NCBI GenBank assembly: GCA_036172245.1
Contig: JAYWIR010000008.1
Coordinates: 62,001-126,000, forward strand
Direction of reading: 5' to 3'
Length of the DNA stretch: 64,000 nucleotides
Source of the DNA: Raillietiella orientalis
Lineage: Eukaryota
In this document: positions 1 to 13,918 of the stretch, piece after piece
Position numbering within the stretch: the stretch's first letter is position 1
How the letters are laid out: the number at the start of each line of letters is the position of its first letter
The notes under the pieces: model-generated
Told to the model about the DNA's origin: nothing
The model's input: the letters and a program-made list of their open reading frames with translations, nothing else
Database searches by the model: none
Position numbers and translations under genes: made by a program

Positions 1-119
1 CCAATGTTCGAAATTCTTTTATTTATTGATTCCATAAGCAAAAATTATAGACAGAGAAAAGTTTGTAGCCCTTGAATGCAAGTGCTTTTATGTTTTCAGT
101 CAAGTTTTTGTTTCCTAAG

Positions 120-3100
120 GTTTTACTCCAGTCCAGACTTCAACCCCCCAGCGTGGCTATGCATTGGAGTCATTAGCAAGTCCATGTTTCAAACTTCCTG
201 GTACTTCTGTAGTTTCTCCTCTACTTGGAATGAAAAATGTGAACCCCGAGAGTTCATGCAGTGTCAATCCATTTGTTCAGTTTTCTTCAAAGCACAATGG
301 CTTGTATTTGTATTTTTGGCAAATAGTGCGCCCAATCTGGTTTGCAAAATTAGTAGAAACTGTTTATTCATCTCCAACATTTCACCACAGCTATGTAAGT
401 AACTATCTCATTAAAAACCCTTGATCAACTACAAATTTTCCTAAAAATGCTAGCTTACATGTGTGATCAAAAACGCTGATTTAGCTTGGACTATTGAACA
501 GCTGCAGTTGCTGAAAGACTTTATGGAGAAACAAGCAAATTTTTTATCTCCTTTAACTTCTGAAAAGTAAGCAATTACTAATAGTAATAGCATTCTTATT
601 TTATGTAGTATTGACGTAGCACAGCAAAAGTGGAATCAGGAACTGATGCATAATGTTTCCATCCAGTACAAAGCACAATTAACAGAAAGACATTCTGTTC
701 TAAATTTAAAGCAGTTGCTCGATGTTACCATACAAGTTCTGAGTCTTTGGAAAATGCTATGTGACCACCAGTTTCATATAATTGCCGAGTGCCTGGTAAA
801 AGTAAGTTTCGTTTGTCTGGATATTAAGCCTGTTTTCATAATTCGTGTAATAACTATTTATAAAGGATGTTTTTATAATTTTTTAGGAAAATTATTTATT
901 TTCAGCATGGGTTAATGCAATACCTTTTCTTTAGTCTTGCTAGTATTGACAGTGAATCAAAATTTCTCGTAGAAACAATCTGTAAATTAGAAATTAGTGG
1001 GTACATTTTAGCCAGGGGATATTTAAATTGCTTTTCATGAAACACATTTTGGAGGGCATGCTTGTGCAAATTATTTGTTAAATTGTAGTAAAAAAAAATT
1101 TGCATGCTTGTTTTCGGGATTTAGTCTGCAGACTTGAAAAATCTATGTAATTAATTTTTCAATGGAAGTGATGCCTTTCTTGAAATAATTTCGTAAATCG
1201 CATTTTTTTTTGACTACAAAAATTAAATAAACAGTTGTCAGATTCAAAAAGAAAACTAGCAGAAACCATTCTTAGGATTCCAAATTAAGTTTTTGATTAC
1301 TTTGTGTTGGATATCAACCTACCCAGGTTTTCAGTGTTCAGTGGAATTGCCCATGTAAACAAAATTTCGTAATTTTCTTTTTGTAATTGCAGATGTTAAA
1401 GAACCAATTCAGTTTTCTTGGCACAGCTTATTTCCAAATGCTTAATTAAACATTTTTTGTGGTTATAGTTTCTAAGTATGTTCAATTTTTTTTTATTTTG
1501 GTGATAGGATGGAAGTTACAGCTTAAAATTACAAAGAAAAATTTTTCTATTTTTGTGTAGTTTAAGTCATAATGCTTCCGCTTCTTCTCTCAGATAACTG
1601 TTCTTAATCATCAATGTTTTGTTTTTGTTTTTCAGTGTATGCAAGGTCTTCTTATGTATTCATAAATGTATAATACCATTTCATTACTAACTCCATTGCA
1701 AAATAATGTTTATGCTAGTGATTTTAAGAGATTTCAACTTGAAGTTGACTGTTTTTTGGATGTACTTGTTTGTTATTTTTGTTTTATTTTTTTCTCCTAA
1801 GGATGACTTTTCAGGTCATGTTTAGAGCTGTTCAAAATCCTGAATAGCCACCTGTGTGTGTATTCTGTGTTGATTGTTCTTAATTTTTATATATGATTGT
1901 TGTTGATGTTTACATGGAAGAAAAAGACATTTGTATGTATTTGTTTTATTAGGAAACCCAAAATCAATTGCAAGGAATGCAGTTTGTTGACTTGATTGTT
2001 GATGGAAAAGATGTGTGCACAGCTTTAATAAATGCACTAGTTAATCGGTAAGTTCAGAGATTACACCAAGTTGTTTCATAATGAAGAAGCAACGAAATTG
2101 TAACAATCTCTTTTTCAATACCCTGACAACATAAGCTTACGTTATTGCAGCTTGTTTACAGCAGTTCACTGAGTTTTAAACTGATTTCAGACTCCTTGAA
2201 GTTAACACAAGTAAAATTAGAATATGCATCAAAAATATGCAAAATTAATAAGTTGCCCCCCAAGTGTGAATTGAACTTTCTTTTGACTAGTTTTTTATTT
2301 TTTATTTTTTTTATTTTTTTATGAATAGTGAAAAAAATTAAAAAATTCATAATTGACACAATGAAACAGTGTTAGTTGATTTTCAAAACATTATAGCATT
2401 ACAATAGAAAGCATAGCCAAATTGTTATTTGTATATGTTCCTTACTGTTAATTGTAATTCTTCAGTACAGTTTTCTAGTTGGGCTATCTGTTAATCAGAA
2501 TTTCGGATGTGCTGTTTATGAAATGCCTGTCATTCAGGTTATTCAGCATGGCCGAGTTCATTAATATTTTATCTGCTATTAACTGTAATTACGATTATAT
2601 ATTGATGAGTGATTTATCATTATTAGATTGAAATTCTCATAATTACCTACTCACCAAATTTGCCTGAACTTTACTCAGTCTTTCTTTAGATCCATGAAGT
2701 ATCAATATTTGCTAATTCTATTGTCTCATTCACAATAATCATGCCTACAGTTGTATGTTTTATCAGATTATTCCAGGTTTTCTGTCACTATGATTTTAGC
2801 TTGCCTAAGTATGCCATCTTTTGAAAATAAACTGCTAGCACATGTATTATTCTTTTGATTGCTTAATTTCTTGCTTCCAATTTTAAATATCACTAATGAT
2901 TTTTCTGGGAAGGGAATAATACAAAATTCTGATCTCTAATCACAAACCATGAACCATGATTACTGTCAGCTAATATGTAGTAATTGTTTTGATTTCTGCA
3001 TCAATCCCCAGAGTGAAAAATACTTTGATTTTTTTTGAAGATTGTTTCATTAATAAATGTAATTCAAGTTATTTCAAGATTTATGTCTGTTTGTCTGTTT

Positions 3101-6100
3101 TTTATTGCAATTGCTTCAGAGTAGGATTTGAGTTCCTAATACTGAAGGACCAGATTTCTGTATATGTGCAGAATTGCCATTGTAATTCTTTATTTATTTA
3201 AATATTTGTCTGTTATCATAGTTAGATCATGATGTTATTACATTATGCATGTCAAATGTACTTAAAAAAATGTATTATTTTTGTAGACTGGATTAGGTAA
3301 TTAGAAGGGATTTTCTACATCTTCCACTTGAAATTTCCTACAATGCTTTTTGTGTCTGTTTTTGTCTAAAGTTTGTAGTTGCTCAAAAAATATATTTTTA
3401 TTGGTCTAAATTTTCATTAATGTTCTTTTGCTTGTTCAATCAATACAAGGTGATTGTAAACTAAAAATATACTGAGATTTTATTAGAGAATATACCATTT
3501 ATATGTTTGACTTATTATATTAGCAAGCTGGGATGTGATTTCTGTGTGTCCTGTAGCCTTTTCACAGCATGCCTTTCTTTAGCTCAAATAACATTTCAGT
3601 TGACAAAAATACGAATAATCATAAAGGGAGACCAAGTTGCTAAAGAAGGATTATTCTCTTTTTACTAAGTATTGTTGAGATTTGTGCTAGCTGCTTTTGT
3701 TTGTTTGTTTTCATTTACTGTTTTATCATAAAGTAACACATTTTAATAAGATTTTTCATGCCTTTGCTTACTTTCAGATATATTGATGATAATACAGCTG
3801 TTGAAGCAATTAGCAGTAAGTTAAGAGAATTGTGCCCCTTATTATATCGTAAAGAAGATGCAATCTGTGCAAAAGTAACTACCATTGTTACCTTTATTTA
3901 ATCTTTTTATACCCTTGAACCATATTTTGTCATTTTCAAATTCTTTAGCATCCTTTTCAATACTTTCCATTTTTTTTTAATTGTTTGTTCATTTAAATTG
4001 TAATTAGATTTTTTTATTCATATTTGCGTATTTTAAAAAAACACACACATTTCCAACTTTGCATTAAAAAAAACTTTAATGTAATTTGAAAGGCCAATGA
4101 AATGTTGGCAATTGCCAAAAATACCATCATACCAGAGAAGAGAGAGCAATTATTAAGGGAAGCACTACAGGTAATTAAATGTTTATTGTCTAGATTTCAT
4201 GTATTTGTGTAATTCAATAGCACTGCAAGCAAGTTGCATCATATTTGGACCTCCAGTATGTTTGCCAACATTTCCAAGCCTGTCATTTCTATTTTGGATT
4301 AGTTGATTTGTGTTTAACATCAGCATCTCAGCGGGATCCACAAAAATTGGGCCTACATTTTTATCAAAGCAATCAGCCGTCGGATGCCATTTTGGGAAGA
4401 AAGGCTTTTTTATCCAGGTCAGATGTTTTGAATTTAGGGGAAAAAATTTTTGCAACCTTCATGCAGTTAATCAAAATACAATGGCAGTTGTTTACTTACT
4501 TGTCATTGCTGTAAATAAGCAATTTTGTACAATGAAGTATGGTTTATTTTTGTCCAAAGGCAAGACTGTTACAAAATAATTACAAATTTACTTCGGGATT
4601 TTTTGATTATCATTGGCATTGTGCCTTCACACTCTCACAACCAAACAAATGTATCATCTTCAATAAGTTCATTTGTCCATCCTCATGAAACAAGTACCGT
4701 TGCACCAGTTGAAGCAGAAAAATATGTGAGTAAACAAAGAAAAAATTCTCATCATTACATGTTTAGCTGTGTTGTAATAAAATTGTTTATGAAACATTTT
4801 ATTATTTGAAAACTTAAGATCATATGTTTTACAAATTGAAATTAAATCGAGTTTTGTTTCAATTTCAAAAGGTTTGTTGGATTATTTATCATTTGTGTTT
4901 ATGATCTGAGCAAGTGCACTCATCTCCTCACGATTAATTCTTCATTAATTTAAAAAAAACTGATTCGCGATCGATATTTTGCATAAAAACAAAGTTGGAT
5001 CAATTAAAGTATGTGAAATTATTTCAGTTTTAGTGAACAAATTATGGAGCCAAAGTTTCAAAGTCTCTTGCTTTTATTATGAATATTGAGTTTTTTTTTT
5101 TTTTTTTTGGTTTTTTTTTTGTGTATTTGGTCCCTGTGGATTAAGTTCAGACTGTTCTGAGCTAATGGTAAAAGAAAAAGAGTGTATAATTGGTGAATCA
5201 TGTAAATCCCTTATTATAAATTTTTTACACAGAAAGTTTTGTTAAATTGCAGTCATTTTAGTGTGATTTTAGTGTAACGAAAAGTAAATCAAATTACTTT
5301 GCATTACCCATATACTGTTTTGGAAATATTTTTGATGAGGTTATAAATCATATTTTTGTGAAACTAATGCTGGAAAGTTTTAAAAAATCATTTTCGTTTT
5401 GCATTTAAATCCAAATAAGAAAAACTTTGTAGGTGAAGGAAATTCTGGAACTTTCAATGAACAGTGATGACGAATTGTTTCATATTTCCCTGTTCTCCTG
5501 GTTGAACGATTATCAACAGTATGAATTGCTTTTGAATGTAAGACCGTATACATTTCTTAATTGTCATTGATCATATCTTCCAAGTTGAATTCTCCATATT
5601 TGGAATCATATTTAAAGAAATTGGTGATGAGGTCTCCAAATATTGTGTGTTCAATGGAACTTTTGTGGAAATTTTATGAGAAACAACATAATTATTATGC
5701 AGCAGCTCAGGTCTTATCGAAATTATCGGAAAAACATGGGTGAGTATTTGCAAGTGTTTCACTATCAAGCATATTAGCTCGGATATTTCCTTGGCCATGA
5801 GGTTAGAATTTCTTTCTCGTGCCATTATGTGCTTAACTAGTGGAGACAGATCTTTGGTTTGTGACCAAGGGGAATTTTTGCATGAACTAGAAGATAAGAT
5901 TGACGTGGCAAAATTGCAACTGCAGGTTGAACTACTTTTATGTTAAGAAAATACATTTTAATGGATACTCTAATCAGATTGCAAAAAGTTTGAGCAAAAA
6001 AGGAAACCAGTCTTCAGATGTTCATGAAGTTTTGTCTCAGTTGAATGCTGATCTTCTTGATATAATGAAGGTAATCTAGGATTCGCAATCTATCCATTTG

Positions 6101-6906
6101 CAAAAAGTATTGCTTTAGTTATATGAAATAGCAGTTCAGTTCAGCTTATATGAATGCCAGTTAAGCATTGTTTACTGTGCAGGATACCATGATCAAAATC
6201 TCATAGAAGAACTGTGGAAAAACGCTATAGATCAAGGTTGCACTAATATATAAAACTCAATTTATCATTTTAATCAGATTTGAAGTCTACACGAAGTATG
6301 GCTGCTGAAGCAAGAATAGCAAAAATATCTGAGTTTGTATTCAGAATGGGTAGAAAATATGGAGGTCCAGATAAATATTTTCCTTTAGGTGGTATTTGAA
6401 GTAAGAAACATAGCAATAATGTTTAAATAGAATTCATAATTTTATATTTGGAATTGCAATCCTGCAAACAAGGGTTAGATGGCATGATGTGGGTAGTGGA
6501 AACTATGTTACAGTTGAACCTGACATTGGTGAAGTTGCTGGAGTTATATCATAGGTAGATAATGTGTTTTATATTATCAAATGTGATCATTGTTTTTTAG
6601 ACTGTATTGCAATGAAGGCTCCCAGTTTCGTGACATTGATAAGCCATTTCACTTACTTAAAGTCCAGAACAAACTAATGAGTTTGTTTCTTGACCAACCC
6701 AACATTGTGTCTTCTATTGAACGGTGAGTAATAATACACCAATCAGGGTTACGTTTCCTTGTTTTGCTTTTCTAAGGGCCCGATTTGTTTCTAATTCATT
6801 GGATATGATATCTGCGTACTTACTTGATCTACAGTGCAGCAGCAGTATTCACGAAAGTTTGATAAAGGACTTTCATAACCTTCAGTCGAGATTTGAAAGA
6901 TTATAA
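120..6906 (+). CDS. NUP155: Nuclear pore complex protein Nup155, 3' part (gene starts upstream of the window). Exons: 120-394, 454-566, 609-801, 1953-2047, 3778-3874, 4093-4170, 4221-4417, 4560-4725, 5433-5537, 5585-5739, 5778-5925, 5978-6070, 6119-6236, 6278-6388, 6431-6554, 6601-6723, 6777-6906
   Basis: GT-AG exons join in frame. They encode FSSKHNGLYLYF, LSLWKMLCDHQFH, YIDDNTAVEAISSKLRELCPLLY..DAICAKANE, RDPQKLGLHFY, DELFHISLFSWL, MELLWKFYEK and RLEFLSRAIMC..GEFLHELEDKIDVAKLQ, all matching animal Nup155 as I recall it. Stop TAA at 6904-6906. Confidence 0.93.
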
Positions 6907-6918
6907 TCATTGTGATCA

Positions 6919-6924
6919 AATAAA
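6919..6924 (+). promoter_or_regulatory. Candidate polyadenylation signal of NUP155
   Basis: AATAAA 12 nt after the stop codon, just before base composition shifts to GC-rich. Confidence 0.45.
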
Positions 6925-7399
6925 ATTATCGCGAAAATATTTTCCATAACGGGTTCTCTGCATAGCCAGCCATGCACGTCGGCACTCTTGAGAACATAAG
7001 TCTTAACTTCAGCAGCAAGATTGGCTGTTTGTGTATAGGAAAAAAATAAAAATTAAAATCAGGCGATCCTGTACGATACGAATTTCAAGTATATTGAACG
7101 GATGCGTAACAAGTAGGTCAACATGAAACCCATTTAAAAAAATATAAACACATTATAAGGTGAAGAAATTCTATTAGTTTCCATAAAGTAGGGGGTACAT
7201 TTTCACACTTCGATAACTTGGAAATTAAACGTGGCATGTTGGAAGTTGGTCTTTGTGGGGACTCCATCACGTCCGTACGTTGGCACGCAGCACCTTTGAG
7301 TGCTAACCCTTAACGAACTAACTCATTTTGTTTCCCCTTCCCTCCCCCCTCCCCCCAACTTCCTCTTATATTGGCTCAGAGAACATCAAACAGTGGTGT

Positions 7400-8330
7400 C
7401 CGTGTCGATTAAGAACCAGTTTTCCCACCAAGATCTGTTGCAGCACCTTCCCCTTGTGTGGTGGTAGGCTGCCAAACTTTCCTGGCGTCCCTGTGGTGCA
7501 ACGCAACCACGCCCGCCAGCCGTAGAAGCGACCGGGGCATGCCATCAGTCAAATGGAAACCTTAACGTTCCTCCAAAATGTAGACCAAGTCCTCGATAGA
7601 TATCTAAGGCGAACTTTCATCTCTATTGAGGGGGACATTTGTGATGAATTTTTAAAAGTTGAAGCCCGTTTATTTTTCCATAATATGCATTTAGTGAAGT
7701 TCCCCAGATGCATTGCTACATGCATGTATGAAGTGCTTAAGTATTTCTGAACGGTTTCTTAGCTCCATGGTTAACTTATATATTTTGCACCCTTTCCAGT
7801 TTTGTTATTTCAGGTTGCTCTCCATGATTCCTTTTTTTTTTTCTTCTTTTTTTTCCCCCCCAAGTAAAAAAAAAAAAAAGATGAGTAGTTTGATTTCTTG
7901 TAAAAACGTGCATCATCAAAACTGACGGATGCATTTAGGAACAGTGGATACAGCCCTAAATTACAGACTTCGTTAATATGCTCTGTATGCATAGTTCAAC
8001 CGAGCAAGCATTCAGATCTTGCGTGATGGACCAAAAACATCTCCTGGAGGATGCAGTCCAGTTGGCGCCTGGCGACGTCATCGCTCGTTGCCACCTATGA
8101 AATGGGATTCCCTAGCAGTGAGGGCGCCGTCACTGCTAGGAAACCCGTCACAGAGTTGAAAACCCGATTTCTTGGATACTCATCTGGGAATGCTTCCATC
8201 CGAAGGACTGCAGCTTTCCCGTTCACGAGACCCAGCCCGTTGGCTCCATAAAGAAAGAGAACGCGTATTTCTTTCAAACAAGCTAACGGTTCACAAAACG
8301 GATAAAAAAAAGTGCCCGAAGGTCGATCGA
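7400..8330 (-). mobile_element. Possible very decayed Tc1/mariner-type transposase relic
   Basis: Minus-strand fragments LFLYGANG..NGKAAVLRMEAFPDEYPRNRVF (N-terminal HTH-like), NLGLYP and NFTKCILW occur in the expected order. No intact catalytic motif was seen. Confidence 0.25.
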
Positions 8331-8451
8331 TGACCTGGGTATTTGCGGTAGTCAGGTGTGCAGATGTCACATGGAATTTTTTCCCCGATCTCTGTCCTGG
8401 GGGTTGCGGCGGATGCGTGTTCACCGTAATTCGATATCGAGCAGGTAGTTG

Positions 8452-10023
8452 TTAACCAACTGAAAATACGTGGTGTGACGTTTAGTACGCGGAATCATTA
8501 ATCAAGGATCGTCTGAAGAGCCTGTGCAGGAAATCAAATCGATGCATCGGCTGAAGTATGCGGCAATGCAGCATCGAAACCAAGTTGCAGGTTTTCGAGT
8601 GCCGGAGCTGCGAACCCGAATCGTGCAGTGCTGCAAAAGTCGACGACAACCAGACACACCGGCGATCTGCGTGTACGAAGAATCGGTGGTGTACTACGGA
8701 TCGTGTTTATTGTACACCTCATCCTTGAGGGAAACTTTATTGTTCATGTTGTGTTGTTACGTAGCTTGTTTGCACTGGGCTCTGGAGAGTCTTCCGCAGT
8801 TGTTATTTCCTCCCAGGTGTTATCCCTTCCCCCTTGAGGGAAACAATAACACGGAGCCTTGCAAGAGATTCCGAAATTATGGTTTCCCTCAATAAGGCGC
8901 GCATCAATCGAGCGGATCCCTCACTGCCTCAGTAGCTGCTTGGATCTGTGGCTCGCAGTTGAGATGCACTTCAAGAAGCAGCAGGCGCTGGGAGTACATC
9001 AGCTTCGCGGTAAGGAGCCCGACCTCTTTGCACGCGTCACGTAGCGATCATCGCCAGGCGACCTGGTAGAATAAGGAAGTGGTTCTCTCGGCAGACGAAC
9101 GCTGTCAGTAGATGTGCGCCCACCGAGGAGTCGATGCACGAATAGGGCGCAGAACACCGGAAACGCAAACGACACTGGGCAAAAACCGAACGAGTAAACT
9201 GCACCAAGGGCGATCGGAAAAGCTGATGGGGGTGCGCGACTGACACCATTCAGCCTGTGGGGGGAGAACCGGAATGTCATCTTACACCCCGGCGGCGGCG
9301 GATCTCTGTGGACTTTGTTCCAAGACATCCGAGCCGCTGCAGCGCATTACTCCCATCCGTAGGGCGCGGGGCGGACTGCACTTCGGACTGAGCTGATTCT
9401 TCACGCAGTGAAAAGTACTTACTACTTGCCCCGTAATAGCACGAAAACAAACGTATCTGTTTTCGAATTCATATTTGCACATTTTCTCTTTCGAAAAAAG
9501 AAATAAGTTGGAAATTACCGGAGAGCTCATTCCGGTTTTATGCGAAGCGCGTGTGCTCAAGATTCGTGCATTCAAGGAAAAGAAATTGGTTACCGAGTGG
9601 GAATTACAAGGAAACTGGTCCTGATCCATTTGCCGATGCAGTATCATTATTTGTTTGTTTATCTTTTCGTGAAGTTGGAACACTGTTCGGCAGATACGCT
9701 GACTGGAAAGCGTGTGATTGCGAACGTTCCGCCTCGCGATAAAAACGCGCTTATGGTACTTGGCACCACGCAGAGGAGGAAGGAGCGCATCCGACGCTGA
9801 GACGGTTGCTCGGCAACAGTTGCCCCCAATGAACGTAATTTTCACGTGAAGGTGCAAGAAGCATGACTCCGGAGGATCGTTTCCTTCCCGTTCTCAGGAG
9901 GAACGATCTGAGTGAAACACGCATTTGCAGGAAAGGTTCGGTGCATCCGTACTGCTCGGAACACCTGTGTCTGTGTCTGTGAGCAACATGTACACCGTCG
10001 CCACGGCACACGAACTGGGTTAA
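8452..10023 (+). mobile_element. Decayed piggyBac-like DNA transposon
   Basis: Bounded by TTAA|CC at 8452 and GGG|TTAA at 10017-10023. Broken frames give colinear piggyBac-like segments: ..ESLPQLL..CKRF, DLWLAVEMHFKKQQALG, WGENRNVI, and a C-terminal Cys cluster RICRKGSVHPYCSEHLCLC. Confidence 0.55.
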
Positions 10024-10309
10024 TGTAGCAACCGTACTGCACTAATCAATGAGAAGTTCAGAAAGCACATGTGTATAATCACCGCTCTAAATGATTACAA
10101 TATTGCTGTATTTGCCGCTCTTCATGAAGTCAGGTAGGCCTGCTGCAGCTCATCTCTTTTTTCCTTTCACTTTCCTTTCGGTATTAAAAAAACTGATTTA
10201 AACTTTAGCCTAAACATATCTTCATTCAATCTGTTCATTTGCATTAGGCGTGCGTGTAAGCGTGCAAAAAAGGAAAGATCGTTTTAAACAGATTTTGAAG
10301 TAACTGCAT

Positions 10310-10341
<32 letters not shown>

Positions 10342-10779
10342 CAAGGTGGATGTGGTAGGTTGCGGTTATTGAAGGATTCAAAGTATTCCCTGGGAGGTAT
10401 GCATGGGACGACTGACGATCTAACGTTGCACTGTAATGTTAAAAAGGCACCATCTCGAATTTTCCGTTACCGTCTATTAAGTTTTTTTTTTTTTGCGAAC
10501 GTGATCTTCCATTCTTTCCGTTGTATCCTACTTTATTACATTAAGGTGACCTCATCTTGCCTTTTTTTTGGACCAGAATGCTTCCTGAAGCTGTTTGTTT
10601 GTTTCATGCTAAAATATGAATCCGTGGTTGCTCTTTAGATCCGGGAGCAATGAGAAATGTTCTTTGCTTGTTCTGGAGTGTGGGAGACGTTTCAAATCCT
10701 CCATTCACAAAAAAACGTAGTGCATTTTTCTTTTATATATATATGTATATATATATATTCAGGCCATCGAAGATCATTC

Positions 10780-11380
10780 TCGTTGCAAAAGACTCGCGCT
10801 AAGAGAATGCACCTTCGAATCTGAGCTCTTCACGAAATTCTGCAGATCAATCGGTATGATGGCTGCACCTTCACCGACTGTATCAAAGTCGTGTCTCGTA
10901 CTCCCAGCATCAGTATTCACATGTGTTTCCGATTTCGTAAAGAGGCGTTTCATATCCTATTCTGTGGGTTAATTTGAATTTATCGTGACTCGCACTTCAC
11001 GCGTATCCACGGGGCAAGGCTCTTTCCTTTGCCATCGGTGATCAGAATGGGCTCGTGCTTTTGAGCAGCACGAATTATGATGAGGTGGCGCTCAAAAGTA
11101 AGACTTTCTTTTAAGTATCGTTCGAGCATGAAGACGCCTCTAAGGAAATTGTCAGACCTGGCGAAGCATCTGTTTGAATAGCCCCGAGGCTCCGTTTTTC
11201 ACGTAGGTCTCAAAAACGAGCCAGCGATGGCAGTGGAGTCTTCGTTGTTTACGGATGGCCTGGCCAAAGTACCGCTTGGGAGATCCACGAAAGTAGGGCT
11301 CGGAGTGATGTTTCAAAAGTTGATTGCGTAGGCACTGAAAGCTAAAGACCAAAGTCCATTCAAATGGGTAGCCCACGTGG
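10780..11380 (-). mobile_element. Possible hAT transposase C-terminal relic
   Basis: RLHCHRWLV resembles the hAT TRW motif. It is followed by AAIIPIDLQNFVKSS..LSASLLQRE, resembling the hAT dimerisation domain. Confidence 0.3.
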
Positions 11381-11849
11381 AAACTTCGAGTGCGCAGGTT
11401 ATCGGAATTAAACTCAAATAAAACACAGCCAAGATCTGGTGGTCCCCCTATCCAATGCTGCAGGCTGTACTTGCAACTGTTCTTTCCGATCTAGAGTTGG
11501 TTTCGATGGCAACGCAGCTACGCGCGTGCACCCAGCGTAAAATAGGTCCTTTTGCTTCTTTGCTCAAGAAGTTTTAGGGGGTTTCGTGTTCTCTCCTCTT
11601 TTCCCACTTCCTTTCTGCTCTTTTATTTCCGTGCTTCTACACTTTATTTCATTTTAGCTGCCTTCAGAAGTTGGATAGTCTTGAACCCTCGCTTGGAATT
11701 TTCCGCAGAAAGCATTCTGCTTTTGCTGAAGTAAGTAATCAAAACATAGTGATGCTACCAAGTAAGAATGATGTACGGGGCGAATGGGTGACACGAATGC
11801 ACGGATGCTTTCGTTTCTTCTGTGCCACGAAGAGGTGATAAGGCACACC

Positions 11850-13200
11850 TTCGGAACACCCATCAAATTCGCTGTGTAAGGGCGGGACGTGCGGCGGCGG
11901 CGGCTCCTCGACAATTTTTGTGCAGCCTCCTCACTGTGATGCTGACCGATGCAAATTCACTGGCTCGGCCTATGGTGGACGAGTGTCTAACTTGGGGGGA
12001 AGCTCTCGTGGTACCGAAGAAGAAGAAGAAAAATGTATCCTCGTGTTTTTAAGAAGTTGGCACTTGCTGCGTACAAAGCTGCGTCCTGTGCTGCATGCCT
12101 TTTGCGCGCGGGCAGCTGCCGATTGTGGCAAGCAGATTCTTCACCACTCTTCCAGAGGCTGAAGAAGTTTCCGCGTGTCAGCAGCAGCGGCTCCATCTTA
12201 CCCGATTTTTCGCTTGCAACCTGTCCTTCGGAAAACCCGCGACCTCACCTCGGAGGTGACTCCCATCGGTGAATCGAAGGCGGGAGCGAGAAGCGTGCAG
12301 AGCAGCGTACAAACCGATACATCCTCGTACACTATTTGCTCACACTGTTTGGATTCGGACCGTTGGCGCACGTCCAGCATGGGTCGCGCGCGGTTCGGCG
12401 CCGATGTCCGCCCGCGAGCCGGCACTTGCGGCACAGCGTGATGGCGACGGAGTGTCTGCTGTTGAGTCTTTCCCTCCAGGTCAGGCGGGGACTGACCTGA
12501 CGGAAAGGAAGAGTCGACGAAAGTCCCGGATGAGATTCGGGAAGGGATGGAAGGCTTCTCCTCCTCTGTGAGCCACACCTACTGTGGCTAGAGGGAGGGA
12601 CCCCATCCAGAGAGCCCATCTTTGCCTGCGGCCTGACAGTCGAGCTCCCGAGGTGCGCGTACGCCCTGAGCCCTGGTCGATGTTCTGGAGAGTCAGAAGG
12701 GGAACGGGCAAGTCCACAGTTGTGTTCCTCGGGGTAGCGAAACGGTTGGACTGTCCGTGAGCTTCTCTCGATCCCGAGAGGACCTCCGGTGCCTGGTGGA
12801 GAGACCGGCTGTCTGCGTCCCATCCACTCCGCCGAAAGGCGTGGTGGGATCTACCCATCGTCCCTCATCCTTCTCCCCATATGCCCTTGCTTTGTGCGGA
12901 ACTGTGCCCAAAGAGCTCGAAACCGGGGCAGGGGAGGGTGACGGCGCGTCGATTCGCCATCATCGTCACCCGCGGAAGTTCCAGAAGATCTTCAGGTCTG
13001 CCTCCGTGGGCAGTCGTGGGGCCGCGGCGTCCGCGCGTGGCACAGAACGTCACCCTACACCCTCTTCGAGCGCGCGCACCTCTGGTGCGTGGCAGTGCAA
13101 CAGCCTTGCGAGTGCTGGCACTGTTGTGCTGCTCCAGTGTCCCCAGTGGACTGAAGCAACGGTACCTAACAAGCCCCCTCCCCCAAAAAAACAAAAGCCG
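11850..13200 (-). mobile_element. Decayed LTR-retrotransposon (Ty3/gypsy-like) fragments: zinc-knuckle-like and integrase-like
   Basis: Minus strand, frameshifted: RCFS..GHWSST (~13150) and DGAAAADTRKLLQPLEEW..GRSFVRSKCQLLK (~12050-12200), resembling the integrase core. Confidence 0.35.
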
Positions 13201-13639
13201 GAAGGACGTGGGAAGCAGCACACAGACGAACCACAGGAGCCTCATGGTCCTTAGGTCAACAGTAGCGATCTCCGTGCTAGGTCTCCACCAGTCTTCCGCA
13301 GCTGCTCGGGCACGGCGGAACGACAGGAACGTCGCCCCGAGAGGCCAGGAGCCTATGTGCTGCTTGTGCCCTGCCACGTCAGCGGTCGCGTCCTCGTGCC
13401 CTTCCTCGGACATCCTTTGAGAGATTGGGTAGCTGGGGCGAGGCCACCTGATCTCACTGGGCCACCCCTTTCCAATCTACCTCTGCGTCGAGACTGACGT
13501 GCCTCGCACAGGGAGCGGGGGATCACTTTTCGCGGATGCGCTCGTGGTCCGTCGTTCAGAAGCAGACCGCTGACTCTGACCGCGTCGTTGCCCAAAAGTA
13601 GGAGGCGCGCACGTGGAAGGGGGGAGGGGGGAAGGGGTG

Positions 13640-13918
13640 ATAGCACTCAGGAGCGACCCCACTTTTCCTTCCTGCATAAAATCGGGGTGTTTCGAGAGGA
13701 GGGGCGCTCCCCTGCAGTTCGCTGCAAGTTTCCGGTGGGTGCTAACTGGAGAAGAAGCGGCGGAAGTGTTGGCGTGCTTGGAATCCGGCGAGCACAACCT
13801 TCCTGCTCAGCGTCTCATGCAACACCTGGTTCAAAAAACGGCAGCTATGTGGCGCGCGGAACGCGCAGCGGTGGCTCCTGCTCGCAGGATTCCCAGCATC
13901 CTTCCCGTTTTCCCTTGA
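13640..13918 (+). mobile_element. Gag-like N-terminal relic
   Basis: PTFPS..FAASFRWVLTGEEAAEVLACLESGE resembles the start of a gypsy capsid domain. Confidence 0.3.
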
